A DNA stretch of 64,000 bases. It comes from Chloroflexota bacterium. GTDB lineage: Bacteria > Chloroflexota > Dehalococcoidia > Dehalococcoidales > RBG-16-60-22. This document shows, in pieces, positions 46,676 through 56,237 of the stretch (the first letter of the stretch is position 1; the number at the start of each line of letters is the position of its first letter). The DNA lies in NCBI GenBank assembly GCA_016190695.1, contig JACPQC010000015.1, forward strand, positions 13,435 to 77,434. Reading direction: 5' to 3'. Position numbers and translations under genes: made by a program. The notes beneath the pieces are model-generated. The model had not been told where the DNA came from. It did no database searches and saw only the letters and a program-made list of their open reading frames with translations.

Positions 46676-48073
46676 CTGAACGATGTTGCGGTGAAGCACA
46701 GCAGGCGGACCAGGCAGGAGTTGCTGGGACATACCATGATGGAGGCGTATCCCGGCATCGAGAACAGCGAGATGTTTGTCCATCTCCGCCGCTGCATGGA
46801 AGAGCGCGTTCCGCACCACATGGAAAACATGTTCACCTATCCCGATGGCTCTCAAGGCTGGTTTGAACTCAGCATCGAGCCGGTACCGGAAGGCGCTTTT
46901 ATACTGTCCCTGGACGTCACCGGGCGCAAACGTGCCGAAACAGAGTTGAAACACGATGCAGACATTCAAAGCGCCATCAATTCGCTGCTGCGCATGTCCC
47001 TTACTGACCTCCCGCTGCAAGACCTTCTGTGCCAGGCACTGGACATTATCCTTGGCATTCCCTGGCTCTCCCATGAGGGGAGGGGGGTGGTATTCCTGGT
47101 CGAAGATGAGCAGCCCGAAGTGCTGGTGATGAAAGCCCACCGCGGGCTGCCAGAACCGATGGTGATGAAGTGCGCGCAGCTCCCTTTCGGTAAATGCCTG
47201 TGTGGCCAGACGGCATCGACCGGGCAGGTGCAATTTGCCGACCGCCTGGATAGACGCCATGATATTGTGTATGATGGTATGGCCCAGCACGGCCACTATT
47301 GCGTTCCTATCCACATAGCAGGCAGTGTGGTCGGGGTGTTCAGTTTATACATGGCCGAAGGACATCGATACGATGAGGCGGAGGCGGCGTTTCTTCAGGC
47401 GGTGGCCGACGTCCTGGCTGGCATAATCGAGAGGCGGCGTGCCCTGGACAAGGTGCTGGAATCCCTCAGGGAAAAGGAGGTATTGCTCAGAGAGGTGCAC
47501 CACCGGGTCAAGAACAACCTCCAGGTGGTATCCAGCCTGCTTCGCCTCCAGTCCGGCCATGTGAAAGACGCCAATGCGCTCCAGATGTTCCGGGCCACCG
47601 AGGAGCGGGTCAGGTCAATGGCCCTGGTCCATGAGCAACTGTACCGTTCGCCCGCCCTTTCGAGCATCGATTTCGGCACATTTGTGCGCGAGATATGCCA
47701 GAGACTGGTCTTTTCCTATGCCGCCGACCCGGCCGCGGTCACGCTTACGCTGGATGTAGAGGATGTGGACCTGGGCATCGACCTTGCCATCCCCTGCGGG
47801 CTGGTCATCAACGAGCTGGTGACCAACGCCCTGTTGCATGGTCTTGCCGGGGGCAAGGGTAAAATAGGGGTTTCGCTGAAGTCTCACGGTAATGACTATG
47901 TGCTCATTATCAGTGATGACGGGACCGGTTTTCCCAGGGAACTGGACTTCAGGCATACAGAGTCGCTGGGCATGCAGCTCGTGATGAGCCTGACACGGCA
48001 GCTCCAGGGGAGCATCAGTCTTGACCGCGAGGAGGGCACGCAATGGAAGATAATGTTCAAGTCAAGGGAATAG
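46676..48073 (+). CDS. sensor histidine kinase, C-terminal fragment (rest of PAS, GAF, HisKA_2, HATPase_c)
   Basis: HHRVKNNLQVVSSLLRLQ (HisKA_2 H-box), NELVTNALLHG, DDGTGFP, GMQLV. No SD or ATG directly after the TAG. The ORF track starts at GTG 46691. Confidence 0.75.
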   Translation: MNDVAVKHSRRTRQELLGHTMMEAYPGIENSEMFVHLRRCMEERVPHHMENMFTYPDGSQGWFELSIEPVPEGAFILSLDVTGRKRAETELKHDADIQSAINSLLRMSLTDLPLQDLLCQALDIILGIPWLSHEGRGVVFLVEDEQPEVLVMKAHRGLPEPMVMKCAQLPFGKCLCGQTASTGQVQFADRLDRRHDIVYDGMAQHGHYCVPIHIAGSVVGVFSLYMAEGHRYDEAEAAFLQAVADVLAGIIERRRALDKVLESLREKEVLLREVHHRVKNNLQVVSSLLRLQSGHVKDANALQMFRATEERVRSMALVHEQLYRSPALSSIDFGTFVREICQRLVFSYAADPAAVTLTLDVEDVDLGIDLAIPCGLVINELVTNALLHGLAGGKGKIGVSLKSHGNDYVLIISDDGTGFPRELDFRHTESLGMQLVMSLTRQLQGSISLDREEGTQWKIMFKSRE

Positions 48074-48687
48074 CAATCGAGGGGAATCCGTCCGACCAGG
48101 CGCGCATTTTGATCGTGGAGGATGAAAGTGTCGTTGCCCTGGACCTCGGCCAGAGAATAAGAAACTGCGGGCACGAGGTTGCCGGCATTGCCGCCACCGG
48201 CGGTGAGGCTATCGAGATGGCAAAGCGGACCCGGCCGGGCCTGGTGCTGATGGATATCCGGCTGCCGGGGGCCATGGACGGCGTTGAAGCCGCCAACCAG
48301 ATACGGAAGCAACTGGACATCCCGGTCATATTCGCCACCGCCTACGGGGATGACGCTACCCTGGGGCGGGCCAAGGTCACCGGCCCCTTCGGCTACATTA
48401 TCAAGCCCATAGAAGAGTGGGAACTGTGCGCCGCCGTGGAAGTGGCCCTGTGGCGGCATCGAGTTGAAAGCGAGCTTAAGCAGCGCACCCGCGAGCTAAC
48501 CGCCCTTAACTCGCTCTTCCAGAAGCACCTCTCCGAATGGTTCACCGTCGTCGAGGCCTACCGGGGACTGCTCGACCCCCTGCGCTCGGTCTGCGCCGAA
48601 CTGTCAGAGATAAAGGAAAAGGCCGAGTCCCAGCCCATCCCGCACATCCTGGAGATATCGAGCTATATTCAGCCGGACAAGGCGTAA
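48043..48687 (+). CDS. response regulator (receiver + coiled-coil C-terminal region)
   Basis: ILIVEDESVVALDL, LVLMDIRLPG.MDG, KP motifs. Overlaps the kinase 3' end by 31 nt. Confidence 0.85.
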   Translation: MEDNVQVKGIAIEGNPSDQARILIVEDESVVALDLGQRIRNCGHEVAGIAATGGEAIEMAKRTRPGLVLMDIRLPGAMDGVEAANQIRKQLDIPVIFATAYGDDATLGRAKVTGPFGYIIKPIEEWELCAAVEVALWRHRVESELKQRTRELTALNSLFQKHLSEWFTVVEAYRGLLDPLRSVCAELSEIKEKAESQPIPHILEISSYIQPDKA

Positions 48688-48695
48688 ATATCTTC

Positions 48696-48746
48696 TGAAA
48701 AAGCGAGAACCCCGGCGAGGGCGGATATCTCTCCCCACCGGGGTTC
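48696..48746 (-). terminator. hairpin terminator (T-run on the minus strand) between convergent genes
   Basis: gaaccccgg (48707-48715) pairs with ccggggttc (48738-48746). On the minus strand the stem is followed by ctcgcttttt. Confidence 0.5.
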
Positions 48747-48789
48747 ATTGCTTTCAGGATTAGCCTGGTTACCGGTCAGACAATCAGGA

Positions 48790-49890
48790 CTACTTCTTCT
48801 CCAGCAGCGCCCGGGCCTTTGTAGCTACCGCGCCGCCGCGCTCTATCTGCGCCGCCCATTCAGCCTCGTAAGCCATATCGGTGAAGGCCTTGGCTTCTCC
48901 CGCGGAGAAACTGATGAGCTGGGTCTTTCCGGCCAGCATCTTCTTCTGGTTATCCACCAGGTCAGCGCCGTAGAGCGGCGGGACTTCCTTCATGACCTCG
49001 GCGTGGGCCTGTTTCATGACGTTCTTCAGCCGGTCAGGGAGGTTGGCCCAGGCATCCGGGTTCATGATGAACGAGTTGTTGGCCTGGAACCACCAGTGCT
49101 CGATGAGGTAAGTGGACAGCTCCTGCAGCTTCAGTGAGGCATGAACATTGGTGCTGCTGGTATAGCCATCGACCAGCTTGCTGTCCAGGGACAGGTAAGT
49201 CTCAGGGGTGGGGATGATCACCGGAATCGCCCCCAGCGCCTTTATGAACGAGTTGGAATGGGTGCCGGAAGCCCCGATCTTCAGCCCTGTCATGTCTTTG
49301 GGGCTGGAAACGCTCTTGGTGAGCACGAAGCTGAAGATAGGCCGGTCGCTGGTCGAGCCTCGTCCCAGGTAGAATAGGCCAGCCTTGGCGTGCTCCTCTA
49401 CCAGCAGGTCATGGAAACCGGCGGCTCGCTCCTCGGCATCGGTAAGCCGGGACAGGGCGATGGTGTTGATGATGGGGACGAGATTGCCGTAGGAGCCGGC
49501 GAAGACATGGGCCATTTCGAGCACGCCCTTCCTCACTGCCGTCGCCTGGTCAGGGACCGGGATGACCTCCGGGCCTCCCAGTATCTTTATGGTAAGCTCA
49601 CCGTTGGTCATGGCGTTGACCTTGTCCCGGAGCATCCACAGGGCCAGGTTCGACTGTGACAGCACGGGCAAGGTAGTGGTCGCCCTCAGCACCACCGGCT
49701 GGGTCTTTGGCGCTGGCGCCGGCTTGGGCGCTGGAGCGGGTGCCGGGGCCGGCTTGGGAGCGGGCGCCGGGGCCGGCTTGGGAGCCGGGGCGGGTGCAGG
49801 CTGCGGCGCTGGCGCGGGAGCGGTCTGTCCGCAGGCTATGCCGGCCAGCAGGGATAACACTGCCAGGGCAAGAACAATCTTCTTTTTCAT
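48790..49890 (-). CDS. TRAP-transporter DctP-family substrate-binding lipoprotein (no dctQM nearby)
   Basis: Lipobox LLAGIAC, ~40-aa (A/K/Q)P repeat linker, then a DctP-like fold. Confidence 0.75.
   Translation of the reverse strand: MKKKIVLALAVLSLLAGIACGQTAPAPAPQPAPAPAPKPAPAPAPKPAPAPAPAPKPAPAPKTQPVVLRATTTLPVLSQSNLALWMLRDKVNAMTNGELTIKILGGPEVIPVPDQATAVRKGVLEMAHVFAGSYGNLVPIINTIALSRLTDAEERAAGFHDLLVEEHAKAGLFYLGRGSTSDRPIFSFVLTKSVSSPKDMTGLKIGASGTHSNSFIKALGAIPVIIPTPETYLSLDSKLVDGYTSSTNVHASLKLQELSTYLIEHWWFQANNSFIMNPDAWANLPDRLKNVMKQAHAEVMKEVPPLYGADLVDNQKKMLAGKTQLISFSAGEAKAFTDMAYEAEWAAQIERGGAVATKARALLEKK
49705..49821. repeat. imperfect tandem repeat encoding the Pro-Ala linker of the DctP-like protein
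   Basis: Reiterated ggcgccggggccggcttgggagc units encode APAPAPKPAPAPAPKP... Confidence 0.7.
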
Positions 49891-49991
49891 TGCGGCCTCC
49901 TTTATGTACTAAAGCTGCTTCTCTCCAAGAGAAGATAACTATCTGAAAGGAGAGACGGGCATCCCTCCTGTACCCCCCCTTGAATACCGGC

Positions 49992-51401
49992 CTAAATCTT
50001 TATGTAGTCGCTCAGGTTGACCTTGTCCAGGTCGTCGTAGCGGCACGGGCCGAGGTCGCGCAGCACTTCAATGCGGCCTTTCTTGTCCCCGCCCAGGGGC
50101 AGGGTGGCATCGATGCCCACCTTGGTTATCAGGTTGGGAGGGGTGACCATCGGGTCGAGGGACTGCCCGGCCATTTCCGAGGTGATAATGTAGTCCTCGC
50201 CTCTGGCGCGGAAAGTGGTGGCCCATTCTACATCCAGCGCGTTGAGAACATCAATATCCTCGTCCACCACTGTTACCCTCTTCAAAGAGCCGTGGGCCAG
50301 GATGGAATGGATTACCTGCTTGGCCTGGCCGGGGTGCGTCTTCTTGATGGATATGACCATGCCCTGGCCACAGGCGCCCAGCGGGGAGTTCACCCCCTTT
50401 ATATTCTCCTCCGGGACGGTGAGGCAGATATAGGCGTAGGCGTCTGCCTCCTTGTTGAGGGTGATCATTATCTGGTGCTCTGATGGCGATACCGAGGTGC
50501 CCATGGCGTGATAGATGTAGTTCTTGCGGTGGGTCACCGCGGTCACCTGCATCAGGGGAGAGCGGCGACGGATGCCGTAGTACCCGGTGAACTCGGCGAA
50601 GGGGGCTTCATCGCAATAGGTGCCCGGGCCGACATAGCCGTCCTCGTCACCAGGCATGACAAACCCCTCGATTACCAGCTCCGAGGTGGCCGGCACGTCC
50701 AGGTCTACCGTCTCGCATTTGACCACTTCCACCGGTGCGCCCCTCACCCCGCCGGCGAAGGCGATCTCATCCATATCATAAGGTATCTTGCACGAGCCGC
50801 AGAGCAGCACCGCCGGGTCCGCCCCCACCGCCACCACTATGGGGCAGGGCTGGCCCCGCTCCAGGTGTTTCCTTATTATTACCCTGAGGTTCCCCAGCGC
50901 ATTAATCCACAGGCCCAGCTTGTCCCGGTCAAGCACCTCCATGCGGTGGATGGAGTTGTTCCTGACACGGCTGTCCGGGTCTTGGGCGATGACGTTGGTG
51001 GCGCTGATGAAATAGCCGCTGTCTTTCACCTGGTGCCACAGGGCTGGTACGCGGTTGAGATCAATGTCCTTGCCGGTCATAATGACATCTTTGCACGGGC
51101 CGGTCCTGACAGTGACCGGGTCGATGGGGTGCTCCCGGCCCTTGATCATCTTCCTGAAGGCTTCCCGCTTGGTGCTCTCCACCACCAGGGCGTTCCGCTC
51201 CAGCGTGCCGAAAAGCCCGGTGATCACCGGCGTATCAAAGCCCTTTACATTCTCAAAGAGGATGGCCGGACCGCCGGACTTGGTCGCCTTGTCGGTCACC
51301 TTGGCGATCTCTATCTTCCGGTCTACTTCCTTGCTGCAGACCTCAAACTCCCCTCTCTGCTTCAATAGCTCCATGAACTCCCGCATATCCTGGTATGGCA
51401 A
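49992..51401 (-). CDS. UbiD-family (prFMN-dependent) decarboxylase
   Basis: PYQDMREFMELLKQRGE...PAILFENVKG...; 469 aa, typical UbiD N-terminus and length. Confidence 0.9.
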   Translation of the reverse strand: MPYQDMREFMELLKQRGEFEVCSKEVDRKIEIAKVTDKATKSGGPAILFENVKGFDTPVITGLFGTLERNALVVESTKREAFRKMIKGREHPIDPVTVRTGPCKDVIMTGKDIDLNRVPALWHQVKDSGYFISATNVIAQDPDSRVRNNSIHRMEVLDRDKLGLWINALGNLRVIIRKHLERGQPCPIVVAVGADPAVLLCGSCKIPYDMDEIAFAGGVRGAPVEVVKCETVDLDVPATSELVIEGFVMPGDEDGYVGPGTYCDEAPFAEFTGYYGIRRRSPLMQVTAVTHRKNYIYHAMGTSVSPSEHQIMITLNKEADAYAYICLTVPEENIKGVNSPLGACGQGMVISIKKTHPGQAKQVIHSILAHGSLKRVTVVDEDIDVLNALDVEWATTFRARGEDYIITSEMAGQSLDPMVTPPNLITKVGIDATLPLGGDKKGRIEVLRDLGPCRYDDLDKVNLSDYIKI

Positions 51402-51908
51402 CTTAACTTCTCCTTTGCGCTTTCTATATATTTTTATATGTGCTGGCGTTATCGCCAGGGAAACCGGCTAAACTGGGCAGGGGAGGGCTTGCAGGAGTGA
51501 TGTACTATTTACATACAGTGTTCAATAATAACCCAGCCTTCTGTTCTTTGTCAAGGGAGAATTTTTCAGGTGCGATATTATTTATGATAGTGCGGCGTCT
51601 TGATTTCCCGGCGCAGACGATACGTGCACAGTACTTTTCAAATGTGGACATGAGGCAAAGGCGCAAGAAGCTGGAACAGGAGGGGCTGCTCCGCGCCAGG
51701 GAAAAGGGTCATAACGGGCGCAGGCAAACATTCCCGTTTATCGCATTGGACGGAGGAACAGGGGATGGTTACGGAACGGACTCGAAGGCTTTCACCGGGG
51801 CGACTTGCTCGCCTCCTACATCCACCTGCACCTGGCCAGCGCGCCGGGCATGGCGCAGAGGTTCATGGAGGGATGCCGCGATTTTCAATCCGGGGGCGCA
51901 GTCACCCA

Positions 51909-54401
51909 TCAATAGCCGGCGGCGGTGACCACTCCCTCCGGTGACAGCCTGCCGTGTAAAGCGGCCAGCTCCCGCTCCGTCAGCAGTCCCTCTTCGGGAA
52001 TCTCCAGCAATCGCGCCGACTCCGTCAACACGTGCGCCCAGGTGCAGCGGTTGGCGAACAGCATGCCCGGGGTGGTCAGCGTACCCCCCTGGACCACGAA
52101 GCCCAGGCCGGAGGTATGCCTGCCGGTGCACAGCGGCTGGAGCACGCCAAGCATGATGTCGGGGCGGGTATGGGTCACAAACAGCCGGGCATAAACCTGC
52201 TCCGGGTAAAGCTCGCTGACAAGCTCCGGAGAGGCGGCATGCTGGCGCTCCCCCTGGCTGCGAGGGGCGCGGAAACGGCCCGGCTCAAGCATGTAGACCA
52301 CCGAGTGGGGTATCTCCTTTTCGGCGAGGCGGAACGAGGCCCTCAGCACCTCCTCCAACTGGTAAGCGCCGGTGGCGGTGAGCACCAGGCGCTGCTGGCC
52401 GACATTGTACCCGGCCCAGTCCAGGCGGAGCGCGCCCTGCTCGAAAAGATGAGCGGCCTCATCGGTGGTGAACAGGTCGGGTATGACCTCGTACTTGGGC
52501 ACCACCAGCGACCATATCTGCCCCTGCGTCTGGTAGACCTCGCGCATGACCACGGCGGCAGTGTTATAATCGGCCACGAACATCACCCTGGAGACGTCTG
52601 ACACCTCCCCCAGCATTGTCTCGGCCATGCTTGGGTCCTGGTGGGACTGCTCGTTCTTGGCGTTCTCCCAGGTATGCGAGGTCAAAATCAGGGGCACGGA
52701 AAGCCATCCCGGAGGCCGGCCGTTCTCCTTGCAGCTATTGGCGAAAATAATCTCCTGCCGGACGATGCCGTGCATCTTGGTGCCGAAGGCCTCGTAGGTG
52801 ACGATGATATTGATGCCCCCCTTGTTGCCCAGCGCGGCCGCGGCCACCGCCTCCTCGTTAAGGGCGGTAATAACGGCGCCGTGCACGTCTTCAGGCACAC
52901 CCGGCTCCGGCGCGGTGACCCTGAACTTCAGGGCATCGAGCGTCCGCAGCATCCGGTTGGAGCGCAGCTCGTCGGGATTGCCCACGCGGGGGCGGAGATG
53001 GGGGTTCTCCTGGACGGCGCGGAGGAACATGGCATCGACGGCATACATCGGCGAAAAGCGCGTCCACATCGACATGTCGTAGCGGTGGGCGGGCATCAGC
53101 CTGGAGACCGGTTGGGGGACTCGCCGCAGCGACACGTCGCGGTGGGCCAGGGCGTGGTCGCGTTCCCTGGGCCGGCCGGTCCGGAGGTGGTGCTGCATCT
53201 TCTCGATGGCCTCCTCCAGTTCAGGCAGGGGCGCCCAGAGCTGGCGGGCGCTGTCGTTGAAATGGTGGGCGGCCTCGATATCCAGGTGGGGATTGGCCTG
53301 CAGGGGCAGGTTGTGGGCCAGGTTGGTACCTTCCCCGTAGAACCCGGCCCCTTTGGGCGCAACGGCGATGCCGTAGGGCAGGCGCACCGGGTAACCCTGG
53401 CTTTGCCCCTTTACCAGCCTGGCCGCCGCCTCCAGGCGCATTTCCATTTCAAAGATGGCCCAGGCGAAGGCAGCCGGGTCACGCCCATCGAAAACGATGG
53501 GGTCAAAGCTGTTTATCTTGAGGTGTTCCACGAACCAGTCCACGCCGCCCACCTGGGACATAGTGGTGCGCTGGTCGATGCGCCGGCCGTTGGCTATCAT
53601 GATGGGCGTTACCAGCCCGCAGTCCTCGGCCCGCCACCACCTCGGCGTCCAGTCGCTGCCGCGCTGCTCCTCGAAGGCGCCGTCGCTGAGGAAAGCCACC
53701 AGCCGCTCCCCGGGCAGGGGCATGTGCACGTACTCAAGCTCGACGAAGCCCAGGTAGCCGCCCTCGGCCATGCCGCCGGCAGTATGCACGTTCACGTGGC
53801 TGCCCAGGGGGGAGTCCGGCCTCCCGTCGGGACCGATGGCGTAGGAGTAAAAGTCCCGTATGTACCGGGTCAGCCCCCGGTCGCTCAGTGAATAGCGCTC
53901 GGCGTGGGCCGGGGTCATGTTGTTGAGCAGCAGGTTCACGGTATCGATGGCGGCGACACAGTGCCCCTGGCCCATTATCCAGGAGCGGGTCAGGCCGGTC
54001 AAGGCATTGACGGCCATATAGCCGGTGTAGGCCGGTATCATGTTCAGCACCCCGCCGGTATGCCCCTCCGGGCTGGGCTTAAAGTCCTCGGGGTGCAGGT
54101 CGCGCCCGTCGAGGTAGATGTTCCGGGCGTAGGTCTCGTGTACCGCCACCCACATCGCGGCGCAGGCAACACGGTCCGCAGCGCGTAACACCTCGAACAG
54201 GGGCACGCCATCTCCCTGTACACCCCGCGCACTGAGCATCTCGGCCATAGTGAACACCCTGGCCTGGGTCTCTATGCTGTGTTCTACCGGCCCGTAGCCG
54301 GCCGCCCAGCGGGCCGCGTCCGGATTCTTCTTGCGGTACAGGTTGGCCCACTCTTCCCTGAGAATCCTTTCCGCCTCAGTGACCACATTGCTGTTGAACA
54401 T
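51909..54401 (-). CDS. xfp: phosphoketolase (xylulose-5-P/fructose-6-P)
   Basis: 830 aa. EGHTGG-like GHCVA/TPP blocks, GGYLGF-ELEY, and the PHGW-equivalent SHTWENAKNEQSHQDP. AAGGAGG SD 6 nt before the ATG. Confidence 0.9.
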   Translation of the reverse strand: MFNSNVVTEAERILREEWANLYRKKNPDAARWAAGYGPVEHSIETQARVFTMAEMLSARGVQGDGVPLFEVLRAADRVACAAMWVAVHETYARNIYLDGRDLHPEDFKPSPEGHTGGVLNMIPAYTGYMAVNALTGLTRSWIMGQGHCVAAIDTVNLLLNNMTPAHAERYSLSDRGLTRYIRDFYSYAIGPDGRPDSPLGSHVNVHTAGGMAEGGYLGFVELEYVHMPLPGERLVAFLSDGAFEEQRGSDWTPRWWRAEDCGLVTPIMIANGRRIDQRTTMSQVGGVDWFVEHLKINSFDPIVFDGRDPAAFAWAIFEMEMRLEAAARLVKGQSQGYPVRLPYGIAVAPKGAGFYGEGTNLAHNLPLQANPHLDIEAAHHFNDSARQLWAPLPELEEAIEKMQHHLRTGRPRERDHALAHRDVSLRRVPQPVSRLMPAHRYDMSMWTRFSPMYAVDAMFLRAVQENPHLRPRVGNPDELRSNRMLRTLDALKFRVTAPEPGVPEDVHGAVITALNEEAVAAAALGNKGGINIIVTYEAFGTKMHGIVRQEIIFANSCKENGRPPGWLSVPLILTSHTWENAKNEQSHQDPSMAETMLGEVSDVSRVMFVADYNTAAVVMREVYQTQGQIWSLVVPKYEVIPDLFTTDEAAHLFEQGALRLDWAGYNVGQQRLVLTATGAYQLEEVLRASFRLAEKEIPHSVVYMLEPGRFRAPRSQGERQHAASPELVSELYPEQVYARLFVTHTRPDIMLGVLQPLCTGRHTSGLGFVVQGGTLTTPGMLFANRCTWAHVLTESARLLEIPEEGLLTERELAALHGRLSPEGVVTAAGY

Positions 54402-55596
54402 TGGCTACCTCCTTAGCGCTCAGACACATCGCCGTGTCCCTGGCAATGATCAAGGCCTCGTTGACCGGGATGACGTAGACCTGGAGCGCGGAACCATCGG
54501 TGCTGATACGCCCCTCCCGCCCCACTGCCTCCCGGTTCCGTTTATCGTCAATGTGGATGCCGCACCACTCCATGCCGGACAGGATGCGGGCGCGCACCGC
54601 CGCGTCGTTCTCGCCAATGCCGCCGCCGAAGACCAGGGCGTCAGCCCCGCCCAGAACGGCCAGGTACGCCCCGATGTACTTCCTGGCGCTGTAGCAAAAC
54701 ATATCTATGGCCAGGGCCGCCCGGCCATCTCCCTGCTGCGCCGCCTTCCATACCTCGCGCATGTCAGCGGAGCGCCCGGAGACGCCGAGCAGGCCGGAGC
54801 GCCGGTTGAGCCAGTCTTCTATCGTCTCCACCAGCAACCCCTCCTGCCGGGCCAGGAAACCGGCCAGGGTAGGGTCAACATTGCCGGAGCGGGTGCCCAT
54901 CATCAGCCCTTCCGCCGGGGTAAACCCCATCGAGGTATCCACCGATTTTCCAGCGCTGATAGCTGTGGCGGAACAACCATTGCCCAGTTGCAGGGTGATG
55001 AGCTTGACTGTGTCCGGGGGCTTCCCGCTTATCTCAGCATATCGCTCCGCCATGTAGCGGTGGGCCAGGCCGTGAAAGCCAAAGCGGCGCACATGGTGCT
55101 TCTCAGCAAGTTCCAGGGGGATGGCATACATCCCCGCCGGCAGCGGCATGGTCCGGTGAAAAGCGGTATCGAAGACGGCCACCTGGGGGATGCCTGTTCC
55201 CATTATCTGCCTGACGGCGCGGATGGCGGAGAGGGCAGGCCGGTTGTGCAGCGGGGCCAGCTCGCCGAGCGACTCGACGGCGGAGAGGAGGCCCTCGTCC
55301 ACCAGCGCGGGGTCGCCGAACTGTTCTCCGCCGTGAATGATCCGGTGCCCCACTGCCGCGGGCGTCATTCCGGCGAGGGCGTTCAGCCAGTCGAGCATCA
55401 CCTGGCTGGCCTGGGCATGGTCAGCGATGGCGCGGGACACCCGTAGATTTTTGGCTCCGCAGGCAAAGTCTATGTCTGCCAGCCCGCCGATGCGTCCCAC
55501 GCTGCCCCGGGCCAGCCGGCGTTCTGTTCCGGGGAGCATCTCGAGAAGCTCGAACTTCAACGAGGAACTGCCGCAGTTGACCGCCAGGACTTTCAT
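54376..55596 (-). CDS. ackA: acetate kinase
   Basis: KVLAVNCGSSSLKF, HRIIHGG, FDTAFH, FGFHGLAH, LGNGCS, GGIGEN. Confidence 0.95.
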   Translation of the reverse strand: MKVLAVNCGSSSLKFELLEMLPGTERRLARGSVGRIGGLADIDFACGAKNLRVSRAIADHAQASQVMLDWLNALAGMTPAAVGHRIIHGGEQFGDPALVDEGLLSAVESLGELAPLHNRPALSAIRAVRQIMGTGIPQVAVFDTAFHRTMPLPAGMYAIPLELAEKHHVRRFGFHGLAHRYMAERYAEISGKPPDTVKLITLQLGNGCSATAISAGKSVDTSMGFTPAEGLMMGTRSGNVDPTLAGFLARQEGLLVETIEDWLNRRSGLLGVSGRSADMREVWKAAQQGDGRAALAIDMFCYSARKYIGAYLAVLGGADALVFGGGIGENDAAVRARILSGMEWCGIHIDDKRNREAVGREGRISTDGSALQVYVIPVNEALIIARDTAMCLSAKEVANVQQQCGH

Positions 55597-55812
55597 TTAG
55601 TCCTCCAGGCAAGGCATATCACCATGCTTGCATTATGGCACATCAATGAGTCCCCTGCCAGTTTTGAATTTGCACAGAATGACGAAGAAAGCTGCAGTCC
55701 TGAGCATAGGAGTCACTATGTGCGTCATATATTGCACTCGGCTTCGGTCATCGTGAAAATGTGAAGACTTTGTTCAAATTTGACCCTATTATCCCGAAAA
55801 TAGATTTCATAT

Positions 55813-55946
55813 TGTCACCCTGAGCCGCAGCCCTGAACGAAGCGAAGGGGCAGCGAAGGGTCTCGGAGAGGGGAGGTATCCGTCTTCCACTCACCCTGAG
55901 ATTCTTCAGTCGTCCCGATAGGATCGGGACTCCTTCCAGAATGACA
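55813..55946. repeat. repeat family 2, copy b
   Basis: tgtcaccctgagccgcagccctgaacgaagcgaaggggcagcgaagggtctcgg...ctgagattcttcagtcg...ccagaatgaca. Confidence 0.8.
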
Positions 55947-56076
55947 TTTTTCATACTTCGTGGTGCTGGCTGGCAAGCCAGAATGGGAAATTCTCAATGA
56001 AACACCCCCGGCGTACGAGAGCAGGGAACGGCAGAAAATTCTGCTATCCAACGGTAGTAATAACCGCCGGAAAGCC

Positions 56077-56132
56077 TTGACAAACCGAAGATATTAGTGT
56101 ATATTAATATCGCATCTTAGCATGTGCGATAT
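56077..56132 (+). promoter_or_regulatory. promoter candidate plus overlapping 8-bp inverted-repeat operator upstream of the iron-type ABC operon
   Basis: TTGACA (56077-56082), 17 nt, TATATT (56100-56105). ATATCGCA (56107-56114) and TGCGATAT (56125-56132) are separated by 10 nt. Confidence 0.45.
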
Positions 56133-56237
56133 GGTCGGTGGAGCCGCTTACAGGGGAAGGAGGGCCGGTCAGTCATGGCGTGATGGGAATCGAGCACTTT
56201 GGTGAACAAATCTGTTAAATTTGAAGGGAGTTACAAT

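Noticed and set aside
51440-51928. 162-aa ORF in the ubiD-xfp spacer.
   Set aside because: It has no SD and heterogeneous composition (AT-rich 5' half, GC-rich 3' half overlapping the xfp end), with no recognisable motif.
54376-54401. The 26-nt overlap between the ackA 3' end and the xfp start, as a possible frameshift or fusion.
   Set aside because: xfp has its own AAGGAGG SD 6 nt upstream of its ATG, inside the ackA tail. This is ordinary translational coupling rather than a recoding event.
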